From: Diplonema japonicum
Lineage: Eukaryota > Protista > Euglenozoa: Diplonemea
NCBI GenBank assembly: GCA_964019335.1
Contig: OZ025725.1
Coordinates: 1-64,000 of the forward strand
Direction of reading: 5' to 3'
Length of the DNA: 64,000 nt
Positions 1-11,390 of this stretch are shown in pieces; the stretch's first letter is position 1; each line of letters starts with the position of its first letter. The notes beneath the pieces are model-generated. The model was not told the origin of the DNA. It did not search any database and saw only the letters and a list, made by a program, of their open reading frames with translations. The translations under genes were made by a program, and so were the position numbers.

Positions 1-99
1 GTATACACCACCACCTGATGCGTCTCCTCCCATTGAGCATCAGCATAGGACTCCACGGGACGGGACTCGACGGGACTCACGGGACTCTCCCCAACACTG
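1..99 (-). mobile_element. End of a non-autonomous TIR element (family C, terminus CAGTGTTGGGGAGAGTCCC)
   Basis: 81-99 GGGACTCTCCCCAACACTG is the reverse complement of 7963-7981. It is preceded by subterminal (C)GGGAC(T) repeats and has the same junction (tcattatttt) as the 7963 copy. Confidence 0.6.
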
Positions 100-432
100 T
101 CATTATTTTTGATAGTTTTGCAACTTTTTTTTTTTTTTTCCTTCTTTTTTTCTTGTCTCCTCACATTTTTTCGCACACCTAAGCCAAGCTGTTGTTTCTG
201 CTTTCCGCATCAAATCTTGTATTTGGATGTAATAGAAAAGGGGGGGAAATAATAAATAATATGTACAAGAGGAGGGTGTATGTTTATACAACCTGTGTAA
301 ACAGATCGGTTCCTTGCTTTCAGCGCCGTGTCCCTAATGTGTGCGATGTACAGCTCAACCCCTGCATCGCGCTGCCTGTTTGTTGCACATATTTTCATGT
401 TATCCCCCCCCCCACCTGAAAATAATATATAG
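100..432 (-). repeat. Inverted copy of the element-B internal segment at ~7518-7962
   Basis: Near-identical in reverse complement to ~7518-7962 and partly to 5545-5750. It is interrupted at 432 by element A1. Confidence 0.75.
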
Positions 433-2631
433 CAGTGATGGGTGAATCCGGTCCGGTCCGGTGTACCCATTTTACCGGACTGACCGGACTGACCGGATCG
501 GCCGGACTGACCGGACTGACCGGACTCAAAAATTTTCTGCAATTTTTGACACACCTGCAAACACTTTTTTTTCAAATATTTTTGGACAACGATTTTTTTT
601 TTTTTTGCCTTTTTTTTTTTTTTTTTTTCTTTTTCTTCTTCTTCATACCACAGACATGCACAGCTCCATCAAGCCATTTGCACCTATCTACTCTGGTGCA
701 CTGCAGCTGCAGGTATGTACAAATGTCCGGAAATGTTGTATTTGGATGTAATACAACCTAGCTGTGGTGATCGATGCGGAACACAGAAGAAGCTACAACC
801 CGGCCGCGGTGAGAGATATATGAGTTAAAGGACCTGCACAAGACTACTTGATTACAGGGGGTACACCACAGCCGAGTTGTAGCTTCTTCTGCGTTCCGTG
901 TCGTGTCCTTAATGTGTGTGGTGTTCAGCTCAACCCCAGCCGGGGCGTCCTGGGTAACCAAGATTCTGCTTGTGCAGGATTGGGTCGTTCCATTCCCTTC
1001 CGCCAAACTGAAAGTCGGAACTTGGCAGAATGGCAGAACCGGAACTTGGCGGAACAGGGAATTCCTTACTTTTTTTTTTGTTTTAACAATATTATTGTCG
1101 AGACTAAAACTAGTTGATGGCAGCGTAATGAGCTATTTTATTAGGTAAAATTCCGCTCGTGCGCACAAACAAATGGAGTGTCAAACTAGTTTTTCCCCCC
1201 CCCCCCTTTTTTTTCCTCTTTGCATCATCAAGGTTGAAAGTGGTGACTATATCACCACAACACTGACAGCACAATATTCCGTGTCGTGTCCTTAATGTGT
1301 GCAGTGTGCAGCTTAACACCAGCCATGGCCCTGGTAACTAAGATTCTGGGCCTGTGTAGTTTGCTGCCAGTTCATCACCCTGAGCATCTGCAATACGTTC
1401 CTCCACTCGGGCACAACCGGTGATGACCAACATGGAGGTCAACAGCGAACAACACATCTGATGTACTTCTTATATTTCCATATTTCTGTGATCCCCACCA
1501 CCAAATAACATGAAAGAAGTAAAGGAGACCAGTGACAGGGGGTGCACCTTGGCCGCTTCTGCGTTCCGTGTCGTGTCCTTAATGCATGCGGTGTGTAGCT
1601 CAACCCCAGCTGGTGCCCTAAGTAGTTTACTCACCCTGAGCATCTGCAATTTGTTCTTCCACTCAGGGTGCTACAGGTGATGACCGGCCAAGTGGATGGA
1701 GGAAATGCCTGTTCATCGTGTTGGCGGTGCCTGCACAAGAACTGTTAACTTGATACAGGGGGGCACTGCAGCTGAGTTGTAGCTTCTTCTGTGTTCTGTG
1801 TTGTGTCCTTAATGTGTGCAGTGTGCAGCTTAACCCCAGCCGTAGCAACCCGGGGTAACCAAGATTCTGCGCTCATGCAGTTTGCTGCCAATTCATCACC
1901 CTGAGCATCTGCATTATGTTCTCCACTTGGGCGCTACTGATGATGACCAACATGGAGGTCAACAGCAAACAACACATCTGATGTACTTCTTATATTTCCA
2001 TGTTATCCCCACCACCTGAATGATATATATATGAGTTAAAAGAGGCCGGTGTTGGTGGTGCCCTGCACAAGAACTGTCTGCTTGATTACAGGGGCGCACC
2101 GCAACCGAGTTGTAGCTTCTTCTGCATTCCGTGTCATGTCTTTAATGTGTGTGGTGTAGTTTGCTGCCTGTTTGTCACCCTAAGCATCTGCATTATGTTC
2201 TTCCACTCGGGAGCTACCGGTGATGACCGATGAGGAGGTCAACAGTGAACAACACATCTGATGTTTTTTCATGCTATCCCCACCACCTTTGGAATAATAT
2301 ACAAGAGTTAAAGGAGGCTGGTGTTGGCAGTGCCCTGCACAAGAACTGTCTACTTGATTACAGGGGGTGCACCGCAGCCGGGTTGTAGCTTCTTCTGCGT
2401 TCTGCATCGTGTCCTTAATCACTGCGGCCGAGTTGTAGCTTCTTCTGTGCTCCGTGTCGTGTCCTTAATGTGTGCGGGGTTCAGCTCAACCCTAGCCGGG
2501 GCGCCCTGGGTAACCAAGATTCTGCACTCGTGTGGTTTGCTCGGTGATGACCAATGAGGAGGTCAACAGTAAACAACACATCTGATGTTTTTCTTATATT
2601 TTCATGTTATCCCCACCACCTGAAAAAGAAG

Positions 2632-2664
<33 letters not shown>

Positions 2665-3003
2665 CTTCTTCGTTTCTCGTTGTTTTTGTTGTTGTTGTCG
2701 TCTCTCAGTACCTGTGTAACATCTTTTCTTGTAGACATCTGTTTATATGTTTGAACTCTGCAGCAAAAAAAAGGGGGGGATGTGGTGTTGTGGTTGTATC
2801 TTGTACGGTCCGGTTCAGTCCAGTCCAGTCCGGTCCGGTCCGGTCCGGTCTGGTCCAGTCCGGTCCGGTCCAGTCCGGTCCGGTCCAGTCTGGTCAGTCT
2901 GGTCAGTCCGGTCAGTCCGGCATAATTGGGTCGAAATTCACGCCAGATCCGGTCTGGTCCGGTCCAGTCCGGTCTAGTCCTAATTAGGATTCACCCATCA
3001 CTG
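433..3003 (+). mobile_element. Non-autonomous hAT-like DNA transposon, family A copy 1 (~2.57 kb)
   Basis: Perfect 17-bp TIRs CAGTGATGGGTGAATCC (433-449) and GGATTCACCCATCACTG (2987-3003), subterminal CCGGACTGA/GGTCC arrays, internal ~300-bp tandem units, no transposase ORF. No matching TSD: the right end abuts another A copy. Confidence 0.85.
1081..1190 (+). repeat. Short dispersed element (AACAAT..ATTGTCGAGA...GTGCGCACAAACAA...ACTAGT)
   Basis: Copies at ~3893-4000, ~9633-9743, 22351-22394 (internally deleted) and 48204-48435 (minus, longer). All sit in T-runs. Confidence 0.7.
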
Positions 3004-4900
3004 ACTGACCGGACTGACTGGACTCAAAAATTTTCTGCAATTTTTGACACACCTGCAAACACTTTTTTTCCAAATATTTTTGGACAATGATTTTTTTTTT
3101 TTTTTTTTTTGCCTTTTTTTTTTTTTTTTTTTTTTTTCTTTTTCTTCTTCTTCATACCACAGACATGCACAGCTCCATCAAGCCATTTGCACCTATCTAC
3201 TCTGGTGCACTGCAGCTGCAGGTATGTACATATGTCCGGAAATGTTGTATTTGGATGTAATACAACCCGGCTGTGGTGATTGATGCGGAACACAGAAGAA
3301 GCTACAACCCGGCCGCGGTGAGAGATATATGAGTTAAAGGACCTGCACAAGACTACTTGATTACAGGGGGCACACCACAGCTGAGTTGTAGCTTCTTCTG
3401 CGTTCTGTGTTGTGTCCTTAATGTGTGTGGTGTTCAGCTCAACCCCAGCCGGGGCGTCCTGGGTAACCAAGATTCTGCTTGTGCAGGATTGGGTCGTTCC
3501 ATTCCCTTCCGCCAAACTGAAAGTCGGAACTTGGCAGAATGGCAGAACTGGAACTTGGCAGAACAGGGTAACCAAGATTCTGCGCTCATGCGGTTTGCTC
3601 AGTGATGACAGATGAGGAGGTCAACAGTGAACAACACATCTGATGTTTTTCTTATATGATAAAAGTTTTTTTTTTTTTTTTTTTTGTTTTACCAACAGTC
3701 AGCACCCCCATGCACACTGAAATTTTATTGTTTTTTTTTTCTTCTTTTTTTTTTTTTTGTGTACATTGTGCACCAGGAGGTGCATTGTGACACCTGCTTC
3801 TCCCTGTGCAGCATAGTGGTACATGTTATAAAACACGTGCTGTGTTGTGCACCCTGTGTTGCATACATCAATTCCTTACTTTTTTTTTTGTTTTAACAAT
3901 ATTATTGTCGAGACTAAAAACTAGTTGATGGCAGCATAATGAGCTATTTTATTAGGTAAAATTCCGCTTGTGCACACAAACAAATGGAGTGCCAAACTAG
4001 TTTTTTTTCCCCCCCCTTTTTTTTTCCTCTTTGCATCATCAAGGTTGAAAGTGGTGACTATATCACCACAACACTGACAGCACAATATTCCGTGTCGTGT
4101 CCTTAATGTGTGCAGTGTGCAGCTCAACACCAGCCATGGCCCTGGTAACTAAGATTCTGGGCCTGTGTAGTTTGCTGCCAGTTCATCACCCTGAGCATCT
4201 GCAATACGTTCCTCCACTCGGGCACAACCGGTGATGACCAACATGGAGGTCAACAGTGAACAACACATCTGATGTACTTCTTATATTTCCATATTTCTGT
4301 GATCCCCACCACCAAATAACATGAAAGAGGTAAAGGAGACCAGTGACAGGGGTGCACCTTGGCCGCTTCTGCATTCCATGTCGTGTCCTTAATGCATGCG
4401 GTGTGCAGCTCAACCCCAGCTGGTGCCCTAAGTAGTTTACTCACCCTGAGCATCTGCAATTTGTTCTTCCACTCAGTGCTACAGGTGATGACCGGCCAAG
4501 TGGATGGAGGAAATGCCTGTTCGTTGTGTTGGTGGTGCCTGCACAAGAACTGTTAACTTGATACAGGGGGGCACTGCAGCTGAGTTGTAGCTTCTTCTGT
4601 GTTCTGTGTTGTGTTCTTAATGTGTGCAGTGTGCAGCTTAACCCCAGCCGTAGCAACCCAGGGTAACCAAGATTCTGCACTCATGCAGTTTGCTGCCAAT
4701 TCATCACCCTGAGCATCTGCATTATGTTCTCCACTTGGGTGCTACTGGTGATGACCAACATGGAGGTCTACAGCAAACAACACATCTGATGTACTTCTTA
4801 TATTTCCATGTTATCCCCACCACCTGAATGATATATATATGAGTTAAAAGAGGCTGGTGTTGGTGGCGCCCTGCACAAGAACTGTCTGCTTGATTACAGG
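3004..4900 (+). mobile_element. Family A copy truncated at both ends, fused directly to the right TIR of copy 1
   Basis: 3004 onward matches ~507 onward of copy 1 (actgaccggactgac...aaaaattttctgc). It is colinear with copy 1 apart from an extra block at ~3570-3870, and ends abruptly at ~4900. Confidence 0.75.
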
Positions 4901-6583
4901 CAGGTAGACCAAGTTTTGCCATGGTATCACAAAGCTGGTATGGGTTGTGGTTTATTGTCTTTATGGCCTCAAGACGATAAACCTGTTCATCTTCCACATT
5001 TGGGGGGAAGTGGTGCAGGTACCCAGGATCCTGTGCATACTCACACGAAACAGCAACACCTGGCAAGATGCCAACAATCTTCCCATCCCAGACAGAAACC
5101 ATGTTGTCCTGTGTCACTTTAGGAATTTTCCTTAGGGTCTAAATGGCCACCTGAAAATCACAAAATCAAGCTTCATTTTAGAATGGTATTTTTGGAATTT
5201 TGGCCTAATAAGCAAAATGCTCCTTGAAGTAGGTTTCCCAACACTCATTACCGTTTTTTTGCACTTGGGCCCTGCAGGCCCTCATGCAAAAAATTCGGGA
5301 ACTTGAGTTAAATAATGACTCATTATTTGTTGGCAATAAATAGCTATTTTTTCTTCAAGGAATCAACTTTCTTCTGAAAATTTAAGATTCATATCATTCT
5401 ACCACCTTGTAACTCACTTTTCAGGAAACACACAATTTCATACATTTGAATTTATTCTTTAGTTTTTTTCTGAACCTATTTAACCATCTATCAACGAGTG
5501 TCTATATATAGATGATTTGAAAAAAATCTTTTACGCAAAGGGCTTTCCCTTTGGAAAAAAAAAAAAAAAATGGGGGAAAAAAAAAGAGAAAAAAATCCTT
5601 GATCATTGATGTGTTTACCTTTTTTTTTTTTTTTTCCCTTCTTTTTTTCTTGTCTTCTCACATTTTTTCATGCACACCTAAGCCAAGCTGTTGTTTCTGC
5701 TTCCATGTTGTATTTGGATGTAATAGAAAACAGGGGAAATAATAATATATGAGTTAAAGGAGGCTGGTGTTGGTGGCACCCTGCACAAGAACTGTCTACT
5801 TGATTACAGGGGGTGTGCTGCAGCTGGGTTGTAGCTTCTTCTGCATTCCACATTGTGTCCTTAATGCATGCGGTGGACAGCTCAACCCCAGGTTGGTGCA
5901 TCCCAGGTAACCAAGATTCTGCACTCATGCAGTTTGCTGCCTGTTCGTCACCCTGAGCATCTGCATCATGTTCTTCCACTCGGGCACAACCGGTGATGAC
6001 CAACAAGGAGGTCAACAGCGAACAACACACTCACACTATCACCGTGGCTGAGTTGTAGCTTTTTGTGTTCCACATCATTTCCTTAATCACAATGGCCAGA
6101 CAGCCGGGTTGTAGCTTCTTCTGCATTCTGTGTTGTGTCCTTAATGTGTGTGGTGTTCAGCTCAACCCCAGCCGGGGTGCCCCAGGCATGTGTGTCGAAA
6201 ATTTGCAGTGTTGGGTGGTTTGTGGGCCAGACCAGTGTTGGTCCAGACCCTTGAGGGACTCAGGGGACTCCAAGGGACAGGACAGGAGTCCCCTGAAATT
6301 TTCAGGGGTCTGGAGGGGACTCAGGGGACTGGAGGGACTCAAGGGACTCAGGGGTCTGGAGGGGACTCAGGGGACTGGAGGGACTCAAGGGACTCAGGGG
6401 TCTGGAGGGGACTCAGGGGACTCTTGGGACCAAAAAATTTCTTTGTGTTTTTTGTGTCACAAAGGCCCAAATTTAGGCTGGGGCTTGCATTTTTTTGGTA
6501 CTTTTGGTTTCAAAGGTTCAAAAAAAGAGGTCCTAGGTTTGGGTGGGATGTGAGGCAAGGCTCATACTACCTTGTTGTGACTA

Positions 6584-6615
<32 letters not shown>

Positions 6616-6682
6616 GTCAGGGGGTTTGGAGACCTGCTTTGAAAAAAATATTAAAAAGAGGCCTTTGCATGAAAAGTACAAT

Positions 6683-6729
<47 letters not shown>

Positions 6730-7135
6730 AAAAGGGATGGGCAGTGTTGGCCAGACTGGTGGTCTGAGGGTCTGGCCCACAAACCACCCCAACACCACAA
6801 ATTTTCGACCACACCATATTTCACATACCTGATGTTCCACATGATGTATGCAACACAGGGTGCACAACACAGCATGTGTTTTATAACATGTACCACTATG
6901 CTGCACAGGGAAAAGCAGGTGTCACAATGTGCACCTCCTGGTGCACAATATACAAAAAAAAAAAACCTTTTATCTTCTTTTTCAGGTGGTGGGGATAACA
7001 TGAAAATATAAGAAAAACATCAGATGTGTTGTTCACTGTTGACCTCCTCATCTGTCATCACTGAGCAAACAACACGAGTGCAGAATCTTGGTTACCTGGG
7101 GTGCCCTGGCTGGGTTGAGCTGAACACCACACACA

Positions 7136-7438
7136 TTAAGGACACAACACAGAATGCAGAAGAAGCTACAACCTGGCCATCCAGCCATCGTGATTAAGGA
7201 AATGACACAGAACACAAAAAGCTACAACTCGGCCACGGTGATTAAGGACACGATGCAGAATGCAGAAGAAGCTACAACCCAGCCATGGTGGTTAAGGAAA
7301 TGACACGGAATGCAAGAAGTTACAACCTGGCTGCAGTGATTAAGGGCATGATGTGGAATGCAGAAGAAGCTACATCCCGGCCACGGTGATTAAGGACACG
7401 ATGCAGAATGCAGAAGAAGCTACAACTCGGCTGTGGTG
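7136..7438 (+). repeat. Six tandem ~48-58 bp units (ATTAAGGACACGATGCAGAATGCAGAAGAAGCTACAACC...GGTG)
   Basis: Read directly. This is an expansion of a sub-motif of the ~300-bp cargo repeat; most units are 48 or 50 bp. Confidence 0.8.
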
Positions 7439-7962
7439 TGCCCCCCTGTAATCAAGTAGACAGTTCTTGTGCAGGTTGCTGCCAACACCAGCCTCCTTTA
7501 ATTTATATATTTATCTCCTATATATTATTTTCAGGTGGGGGGGGGACAACATGAAAATATGTGCAACAAACAGGCAGTGTGATGCAGGGGTTGAGCTGTA
7601 CATCACACGCATTAGGGGCACAGTGCTGAAAGCAAGGAACCAATCTGTTTACACAGGTTGTATAAACATACACACCCTCCTCTTGTACATATTATTTATT
7701 ATTTCCCCCCTTTTCTATTACATCCAAGTACAACATTTGATGTGGAAAGCAGAAACAGCTTGGCTTAGGTGTGTGAAAAAATGTGAGAAGACAAGAAAAA
7801 AAGAAGGAAAAAAAAAAAAAAAAAAGGTAAACACATCATGTATGTCAAAAAAAATCAAGGATTTTTTTCTCTTTTTTTTTTCCCCATTTTTTTTTTTTTT
7901 TTTTTTTTTCCAAAGGGAAAAAAAGAAAAAAAAAAAAGTTGCAAAACTATCAAAAATAATGA

Positions 7963-8041
7963 CAGTGTTGGGGAGAGTCCCATGAGTCCCGTCCAGGCCC
8001 GTATTCCGTTTTAGGGGACGGGACAGGACTGACCAACACTG
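7963..8041 (+). mobile_element. 79-bp mini-element (family C) forming the right end of the inner B copy
   Basis: CAGTGTTGG...CCAACACTG termini with internal GTCCC/GGGAC motifs. Its left terminus is the same sequence as the end at 81-99. Confidence 0.55.
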
Positions 8042-8662
8042 GCCAGACCCCTCAGACCACCAGTCTGGCCAACATTGCCCATCCAACCCCCCCTTTTTTT
8101 TTTGCATTGTACTTTTCTTGCAAAGGCCTCTTTTTAATATTTTTTTCAAAGCAGGTCTCCAAACCCCCTGCCATTTTTTTAATTTTTTTTTTTTTTTTTT
8201 CTTTTTTACATAGTCACAAGGTAATATGAGCCTTGCCTCACATCCCACCCAAACCTAGGACCTCTTTTTTTGAACTTTTGAAACCAAAAGTACCAAAAAA
8301 ATGCAAGCCCCAGCCTAAATTTGGGCCTTTGTGACACAAAAAACACAAAGAAATTTTTTGGTCCCAAGAGTCCCCTGAGTCCCCTCCAGACCCCTGAGTC
8401 CCTTGAGTCCCTCCAGTCCCCTGAGTCCCCTCCAGACCCCTGAAAATTTCAGGGGACTCCTGTCCCTTGGAGTCCCTTGGAGTCCCCTGAGTCCCTCAAG
8501 GGTCTGGACCAACACTGCCCTGATCCCCAAACAGAGAGTGTACCATCCTGTTTCTCACAGAAACAGAGAACCTACCCCTCCCCACCACAGTAGCCAACCA
8601 ATCAGACACAGCAGTGTGAAACAAAAAGCCCCCTTCCCCCCATCTATCTGAAGGGTTCAGGG

Positions 8663-10597
8663 CAGTGATGGGTGAATCCAGTCCAGTCTGGTGTACCCAA
8701 TTTACCAGACTGACCAGACTGACTGGATTGGCTGGACTGACTGGATCAGCTGGACTGACCAGACTGACCAGACTCGAAAATTTTCTGCAATTTTTGACAC
8801 ACCTGCAAACACTTTTTTTTCAAATATTTTTGAACAATGATTTTTTTTCCTTTTTTTTTTTCAGTTCGCATCACCCTCAACGGAGAGTCCCTTATCCCAT
8901 TACATCGAACAAGGAGGTGGCTTCACCAGGTCAGGTAAGTAGCCTCCCCACGGCATCGTGCCAGTGAAGCAAGCCTCCCACAACTCTCCAGTTGGTGTTT
9001 AATTGCTTCTGTGGCCCCTCTCCCTATTTCAATTTCCAAGATTTCTTTACCTCTCCACTTTTACTTTCTACAGGACCACAGGGGACTTGGGAGGCTTTGG
9101 GGCGAAGTTTCACAAGGGTGGCCACTGTGTCACATACTGCATGGCACCACTAAAATCGAGACAACTTTTTTTTCTTCTTCTTCTTCTTCTTCTTTGTACC
9201 ACAGACATGCACAGCTCCATCAAGCCATTTGCACCTATCTACTCTGGTGCACTGCAGCTGCAGGTATGTACATATGTCCGGAAATGTTGTATTTGGATGT
9301 AATACAACCCGGCTGTGGTGATCGATGCAGAACACAGAAGAAGCTACAACCCGGCCGCGGTGAGAGATATATGAGTTAAAGGACCTGCACAAGACTACTT
9401 GATTACAGGGGGTACACCACAGCCGAGTTGTAGCTTCTTCTGCGTTCCGTGTCGTGTCCTTAATGTGTGCGGTGTTCAGCTCAACCCCAGCTGGGGCGTC
9501 CTGGGTAACCAAGATTCTGCTCGTGCAGGGGTGGGTCGTTCCGTTCCCTTCCGCCAAACTGAAAGTCGGAACTTGGTGGAATGGCAGAACCGGAACTTGG
9601 TGGAACAGGGAATTCCTTACCTTTTTTTTTTGTTTTAACAATATTATTGTCGAGACTAAAAACTAGTTGATGGCAGCGTAATGAGCTATTTTATTAGGTA
9701 AAATTCCGCTCGTGCACACAAACAAATGGAGTGCCAAACTAGTTTCCCCCCCCCCTTTTTTTTTCCTCTTTGCATCATCAAGGTTGAAAGTGGTGACTAT
9801 ATCACCACAACACTGACAGCACAATATTCCGTGTTGTGTCCTTAATGTGTGCAGTGTGCAGCTCAACACCAGAGCATCTGCAATACGTTCCTCCACTCGG
9901 GCGCTACCAGTGATGACCGACGTGGAGGTCAACAGCAAACAACACATCTGATGTACTTCTTATATTTCCATGTTATCTCCACCACCTGAATGATATATAT
10001 ATATGAGTTAAAAGAGGCCGGTGTTGGTGGCGCCCTGCACAAGAACTGTCTGCTTGATTACAGGGGGCACACCGCAACCAAGTTGTAGCTTCTTCTGCAT
10101 TCCGTGTCATGTCTTTAATGTGTGTGGTGTACAGCTCAACCCCAGTGTCCCAGGTAACCAAGATTCGGCGCTTGTGCAGTTTGCTGCCTGTTTGCCACCC
10201 TGAGCATCTGCATTATGTTCTTCCACTCGGGAGCTACCGGTGATGACCGATGTGGAGGTCAACAGCGAACAACACATCTGATGTTTTTTCATGCTATCCC
10301 CACCACCTTTGGAATAATATACAAGAGTTAAAGGAGGCCGGTGTTGGCAGTGCCCTGCACAAGAACTGTCTACTTGATTACAGGGGGGCACCACAGCCGG
10401 GTTGTAGCTTCTTCTGTGTTCTGTGTCGTGTCCTTAATGTGTGCGGTGTTCAGCTCAACCCTAGCCGGGGCGCCCCGGGTAACCAAGATTCTGCACTCAT
10501 GCGGTTTGCTCGGTGATGACCGATGAGGAGGTCAACAGCGAACACATCTGATGTTGTTCTTATATTTTCATGTTATCCCCACCACCTGAAAAAGAAG

Positions 10598-10635
<38 letters not shown>

Positions 10636-10926
10636 CTTCGTTTCTCGTTGTTGCTGTTGTTGTTGTCGTCTCTCAGTACCTGTGTAACATCTTTTCTTGT
10701 AGACATCTGTTTATACGTTTGAACTCTGCAGCAAAAAAAAAGGGGGAGGGGATGTGGTGTTGTGGTTGTATCTTGTCCGGTCCGGTTCAGTCCAGTCCAG
10801 TCCGATCCAGTCCAGTCCGGTCTGGTCCAGTCTGGTCAGTCCGGTCAGTCCGGCATAATTGGGTCGAAATTCACGCCGGATCCGGTCCAGTCCGGTCTAG
10901 TCCCAATTAGGATTCACCCATCACTG
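8663..10926 (+). mobile_element. Non-autonomous hAT-like DNA transposon, family A copy 2 (~2.26 kb), complete
   Basis: TIRs CAGTGATGGGTGAATCC (8663-8679) and GGATTCACCCATCACTG (10910-10926). Flanking direct repeat TTCAGGG at 8656-8662 and 10927-10933. Colinear with copy 1. Confidence 0.88.
8862..9165. mobile_element. ~300-bp insertion in the poly(T) tract of element A copy 2
   Basis: Absent at the homologous T-tracts of the other A copies (~592-640 and ~3091-3150). T-runs on both sides. Confidence 0.55.
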
Positions 10927-11390
10927 TTCAGGGGCGGATGACACCGAGGTCGAAGCCAACATATGCAGGGGTGAGCTCAGAGGGATGGCTGGGCCTAAAG
11001 TAAGGATTAGAAACGGGGAAACGTTTCCGTTTCCTTATTTTTTTAAAAAAAGTGCTTGGAAACGCGTTTCCTGCCAGCATAGCCCTAGCCCTGGGGGGGG
11101 GGGGGTTGCTGTAATTGGAAGTGGAAGGTGCCCTACATCCAGGTCCTTTTTGACTCAGCAACGCCTTCTTTTCCCAGCAGGATGTTGAGCTCCCTCTTTT
11201 ATTATTTCTACCTTCTTTCCTTCCAACAACATTTCAGCTACCCTTCTCACCCATGTATTTCTTCACCCATTTCCCTTTAGTAAGAGGGAGCATTAGTAAG
11301 AGAACATGGCTTTCATTCATTTTGTATGTTGAGAAACGGTTTCGGCCATCATATCGACCGTCATATCATATCACAGTTTACTTAAAAAAC

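Larger units (their letters stand above)
6233..8041 (+). mobile_element. Family B inner copy (composite non-autonomous TIR element)
   Basis: 11-bp TIRs CAGTGTTGGTC (6233-6243) and GACCAACACTG (8031-8041), flanked by direct repeat GCCAGAC (6226-6232 and 8042-8048). Subterminal GGGACTC(A)G arrays at 6255-6424. Confidence 0.75.
5545..8517 (-). mobile_element. Family B outer copy (minus orientation), interrupted by an inverted copy of itself
   Basis: Terminus ...GACCAACACTG at 8507-8517. 8042-8517 is the reverse complement of ~6233-6776, 6191-6232 of ~6770-6810, and 5545-5750 partly of 7680-7920. Confidence 0.65.

Noticed and set aside
2220-2262. GTGATGA...CTGA in each cargo unit as a C/D snoRNA
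   Set aside because: Only ~42 nt, no terminal stem, no recognisable rRNA guide, and part of a decaying TE repeat.
7136-7438. Regular ~50-bp repeats (and the 22-bp array at 21419) as a CRISPR array
   Set aside because: The units are contiguous with no unique spacers, there are no cas genes, and the context is eukaryotic.
103-10910. Numerous 60-180 aa ORFs in the repeat nest, including (SGQ)n, (TGL)n and (GLRGLE)n frames
   Set aside because: They are translations of subterminal arrays and cargo repeats. Frames are not preserved between copies and no transposase motifs are visible.
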